Below are positions 60,480-64,000 of a stretch of 64,000 bases of DNA, piece by piece (the first letter of the stretch is position 1; every line of letters begins with the position of its first letter). This stretch comes from Candidatus Bathyarchaeota archaeon. GTDB taxonomy: Archaea; Thermoproteota; Bathyarchaeia; Bathyarchaeales; Bathycorpusculaceae. Below the pieces are notes generated by a model. The model was not told the origin of the DNA, ran no database searches, and was given only the letters and a program-made list of their open reading frames with translations. The translations under genes were made by a program, and so were the position numbers. The stretch lies in contig OY969706.1 of NCBI GenBank assembly GCA_963702095.1, forward strand, positions 1,568,001 to 1,632,000. The letters run 5' to 3'.

Positions 60480-60649
60480 TTGTTAACCCTTGACATATTG
60501 AATTAAAGTATCCGCTTTTAAGCTTACAAGGCTTTCTTTTAAGCGGAATGATATATTCAGAAAAAGTGCCTTTGGTTGTTCGCTTTTTGGGTTTAAAATA
60601 ACCTCTAACGTTTGAGGCGACTCAAAATGGGGGCGAGCGGACGTAAAAG

Positions 60650-60724
60650 TGGACCGAGCGGGATTTGAACCCGCGGCTTCCGCGTTGCGAACGCGGCGAT
60701 CATACCAGACTGATCTACCGGCCC
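60650..60724 (-). tRNA. tRNA-Ala(CGC)
   Basis: GGGCCGG..TCGGTCCA with G3:U70; anticodon arm CCGCG-TTCGCAA-CGCGG; GGTTCAAATCC. Confidence 0.96.
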
Positions 60725-60867
60725 AGCTTTGCCCTCAAATGTGACTTGGATAACTCTTTTAGAGGTTTCGGTAGCATAGGTAGGCTGCTTAGAATTGTGT
60801 GTAGCAGTTAGCGCTGTGGGGGTTGGTTGGTTGTGGGAGACGGCTGAGGTTGTGAGGGCTATGTTGG

Positions 60868-61080
60868 TGCCCGCCTGTATTGCGCTGATGTGGCTGTTCG
60901 CTGCTACGCTATGAAGGCAGATGATACATGGGTTCACACACACATGGCGGCGGCTTCTGCATGGAGCCATGCACTGTGTGTGGGGTGGTGAATAACTTGC
61001 AGCCCCAAAAAAGCAGCTGCCTTCAATTGCCGTCTTGTGGTGCCCCACAAAAGGCCACGCCCACACAAAGACAAAAAACC
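60868..61080 (+). repeat. Dispersed repeat family A, copy A6 (diverged, internal deletion)
   Basis: GTGCCCGCCTGTATTGCGCTG, TGCATGGAGCCATGCA, TCTTGTGGTGCCCCACAA, CCCACACAAAGACAAAAAAC. Confidence 0.85.
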
Positions 61081-61567
61081 AACACTTCATTCCACGATGC
61101 CCGACGTGCCTGCGGATTTCGATGGAAGAGGCTCCTGCGGACAAGTTGCATTGCGGCACACGCTTTGAGCTTACCCCCCACATCTATGTAAGCCCAACGA
61201 GGCATACGCCCCTATGAGCCTACACTTTTTATAGCTCAACAGACCCGTGCCGCTTTACACAGCTAAGTCCACCTGAACCCCTTCCACCGCGGATGTGTGT
61301 ATGTGTTAGTTTCTACTGCAAACGGAAATTCTAACATTTTTTTATAGGCGACCAAGTGGCTCAGCCAACATCAACTTAACATCGGTCGCCTCTGTTATCG
61401 TAACATTTACTACAGCGTATAAAAGGGTTGTGTAGCGATAAAACATGTTTGGGGCAGCTTTGAGGTGGCTTTCTTTGGGGGGTTGTTACTTATTTTGTGT
61501 CTGGAGTGGTGGTTAACAATGCTTATTTACGCTGTGGTCTCTCGATAGCTTGTAGTGTTGATGGTGT

Positions 61568-62590
61568 ATGGTATATGGTCATCAGGGTCTTAAGGAGAAA
61601 GATGTTGCGAGTCGTATTCAGGAAGTGTCCTCGCTTAAGCAGGATAAGTTTAAAGTTACAGTTGAATTGGACAAAGAACGGCCTATGTCTACTTCTCCGC
61701 TCTACTACAAGTACAATATCCAACGCTTCGATTTGCACCCTAACTACAGCTTCGACTACCTATCAGATATGATTCCTAAAGGCACCCCCGAATACCTTGA
61801 CCACGGCTTAAACTACGTCGAACGCATCATACGGGCGCTGTACTACTTTAAGCAGTGCAGTCTAATCGGGCCTTCAGGCACAGGCAAAACCCACATCGTC
61901 TACCTCGTTGCGGAATTAACTGGTTTGCCGATTTGGGAAGTCAACTGCGGCTTATCCACAAGCAGCTTTGACTTGATTGGCAGATTCATCGGGTTGGGCA
62001 AAGAAAACTGGGTGGACGGATTGCTCACTCAGTGGCTCCGTAAAGGCGGCATAATGTACCTTGACGAAGCCAACATGATGAAACAAGACGTCGCCACACG
62101 ACTCAACCCAGTCTTAGACACAAGAGGTCACCTCGTACTCAACGAAAAAGACAGCGAAGTCATCGAACGCCACAAATACGGCTACATGATCATCAGCATG
62201 AACCCAGCCACCGCCGAATTCAGCGGCACCAAACCCCTAAACGCAGCCATGCGCAGACGAATGGCAGTGTGGATTAACTTCGACTTTCTCTCGGTAGGCG
62301 AAAAAATCAGCCCCGATGAAGTGGACATGCTACGCAAACGAACCAAGGTTTCGCAGGAAGTTGCTTATGGCATTATTCAGGCAGGCGCGGAGTTGCGTCG
62401 GCAGTACAAAGCCGGCGATTTGCCTTATGGTCCATCTTTGGGTGACTTGATTAACTGGGCAACATTGGTCTTCGACGGCATGACACCTATGGAAGCCGCA
62501 GAAGAAACCATCGTCGGCTTAACCAGCGACAACGTTGAAGTCCAGGCGGATGTGCGGCGTATTCTCGAGGCGGTTTTCGTTAAAAACTAG
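61568..62590 (+). CDS. MoxR-type AAA+ ATPase (CbbQ/NirQ/NorQ-like)
   Basis: GPSGTGKT, DLIG, W.DG.L, YLDEAN, SMNP, LN.A.RRR. Confidence 0.9.
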   Translation: MVYGHQGLKEKDVASRIQEVSSLKQDKFKVTVELDKERPMSTSPLYYKYNIQRFDLHPNYSFDYLSDMIPKGTPEYLDHGLNYVERIIRALYYFKQCSLIGPSGTGKTHIVYLVAELTGLPIWEVNCGLSTSSFDLIGRFIGLGKENWVDGLLTQWLRKGGIMYLDEANMMKQDVATRLNPVLDTRGHLVLNEKDSEVIERHKYGYMIISMNPATAEFSGTKPLNAAMRRRMAVWINFDFLSVGEKISPDEVDMLRKRTKVSQEVAYGIIQAGAELRRQYKAGDLPYGPSLGDLINWATLVFDGMTPMEAAEETIVGLTSDNVEVQADVRRILEAVFVKN

Positions 62591-62605
62591 TTTGGGGCAT
62601 TTTAG

Positions 62606-64000
62606 GTGGGTTTTATTGATTACGCCTGGGCTGTTTCTCTGCAAAAAGACGACACCAAAGTCAAAATAATCCAGGATCCAACAATCTCCCAGCCACAGTT
62701 GCATGGCGACGAATTTGGCTTCACCATTAAACTGCCCCTTTTCCAAAAAACCGTGGACGGCAAAATCCTTTTTGAAGGCACCAAATTCAATCAAGACAAC
62801 ACTGGCAAATCTCTCTTAGGCAGGCTTTTTCGGGCGTCCGTCATGCATTTGACTGCACACACGATGGCGCCGTTTAGCAAAGACCGCATTGTGCCCTGCA
62901 GTAAAGACTCCATCGTTGACAACTATGCAAAACAGATAGTTAACGACGTGTATGTTAATGCGTTCATGCAGTCAAGCTTCGCCGACCGATTCGTAGACCT
63001 CGCATACGCCAACGTATTGTCCTACCAGAAAACCAAACCCAACGACCACATATTCACCGACTCCACAAAAGTCATGTCCTCGCTGCTCACCCAACTCAAC
63101 ATGGGTTCAGTGAAGCATTCACCGAGTGCAGAAGAAGGGCAGACAGTGGGCAAACTTGCCTTTGAGATGGCGGCGTTAAAAAAAACTTTTCTTAATCAAA
63201 TCGCTGGTGAAGCCGTCAAAGTGGACTCGGTTTTCGATGAGAAAGTCAAGTTCATCGTGGATATGTTGGAGCCGTTTGGACCGTTTTTGGAGGCGCCTTC
63301 ACTGCGTTACACTGAGAGCAGAGGCAACTGTAGCATCTACAGCGACTTGGAACCCGACGGCGACTATGCAGGTTTAGTGGTGCAGTCGCTTGAAGCATTG
63401 GGTGCCCAAGTGCCCAGTTTTGAGAGCATTGAGGAGTTGTGGCGTCCCGAACAGGAAGCCGAAGCCCTGCAGGCGTTTAACGCTGACTTCTACCAGAAGA
63501 TGCGTAACGAGAAAATCCTCTCCAGAATCAAACCTTACTTGGGCATAACCAAACTAAGAGGCGTCTCGTTTCCCGAAGAAGACTACACCCAGTACCTGCG
63601 AGCCCGCAACCTTGTACAGGGCACCAGCCGCAGAGTTTTGGACATTCTGCGTTCCGCCTACAACTACCTTGACGAGGAACCGCGTCAGGAAATGGGCATG
63701 TTGGATTTGGCGGCGGTTATCCAGTCGCTGGCGGCAAATAAGCCCGCTACTGACGTGTTTAATCTTGATGAGTATTTGCATCCGAGTTTTGCTTGGTCAC
63801 TGCTTATTGATGTGAGCAGCAGTATGCAGGTGAGAGGTGAATTTGGCAGGGCATTGGCAATTGCGATTGCTGAAGCAGCTCGCGAGTTAATGACTGACCC
63901 CACGTCATGGACTTTTTTTGGTTTCAGCGACCAACTCTACATTTTAAAAGACAGCAGCGAATCCTACTCTAAACGTGTCAGAGCCAGAATCGGCGGACTC
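62606..64000 (+). CDS. von Willebrand factor A domain protein (NorD/CbbO-like), truncated by the window end and not in the ORF track
   Basis: Reading frame from GTG 62606 (MGFIDYAWAVSLQKD..) with G.LDL..VIQ and MIDAS motif LLIDVSSSM near 63800. Confidence 0.85.
   Translation, partial: MGFIDYAWAVSLQKDDTKVKIIQDPTISQPQLHGDEFGFTIKLPLFQKTVDGKILFEGTKFNQDNTGKSLLGRLFRASVMHLTAHTMAPFSKDRIVPCSKDSIVDNYAKQIVNDVYVNAFMQSSFADRFVDLAYANVLSYQKTKPNDHIFTDSTKVMSSLLTQLNMGSVKHSPSAEEGQTVGKLAFEMAALKKTFLNQIAGEAVKVDSVFDEKVKFIVDMLEPFGPFLEAPSLRYTESRGNCSIYSDLEPDGDYAGLVVQSLEALGAQVPSFESIEELWRPEQEAEALQAFNADFYQKMRNEKILSRIKPYLGITKLRGVSFPEEDYTQYLRARNLVQGTSRRVLDILRSAYNYLDEEPRQEMGMLDLAAVIQSLAANKPATDVFNLDEYLHPSFAWSLLIDVSSSMQVRGEFGRALAIAIAEAARELMTDPTSWTFFGFSDQLYILKDSSESYSKRVRARIGGL

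Noticed and set aside
107-61080. Family A or B repeats as a CRISPR array
   Set aside because: Copies are 140-240 bp and dispersed, with no repeat-spacer periodicity and no cas genes

Overview
Archaeal chromosomal window, most consistent with Bathyarchaeia. The evidence is archaeal tRNAs, Trm1, an OB-fold SSB, TATA-type promoters close to start codons and many S-layer-like secreted proteins; the taxonomy is an inference. Housekeeping and metabolic genes include malic enzyme, RimI, an nrdR-nrdD-nrdG operon with tandem NrdR-box-like operators, a 2-oxoacid:ferredoxin oxidoreductase, PPK2, Trm1, ProC, aspartokinase, tRNA-Ser(GCT), tRNA-Ala(CGC) and an AAA+/vWA pair at the right edge. The most unusual signals are: (1) two dispersed, strand-biased, hairpin-bearing intergenic repeat families (six copies of about 150-240 bp and four of about 140 bp) with no terminal inverted repeats and no transposase in view; (2) a cluster of a CitG-like enzyme, three paralogous Pol-beta-type nucleotidyltransferases, a radical SAM/SPASM enzyme and an NTPase; (3) a 45-aa, 9-Cys, C-terminal-GGG microprotein missed by the ORF track, leading the oxidoreductase operon; (4) a duplicated promoter/RBS cassette; (5) a gene with two in-frame TGA codons. 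Several frameshifts fall in homopolymers and look like assembly errors. No CRISPR array, rRNA, integrase or transposase was recognised. All family assignments come from motif recognition by eye, not from database searches.
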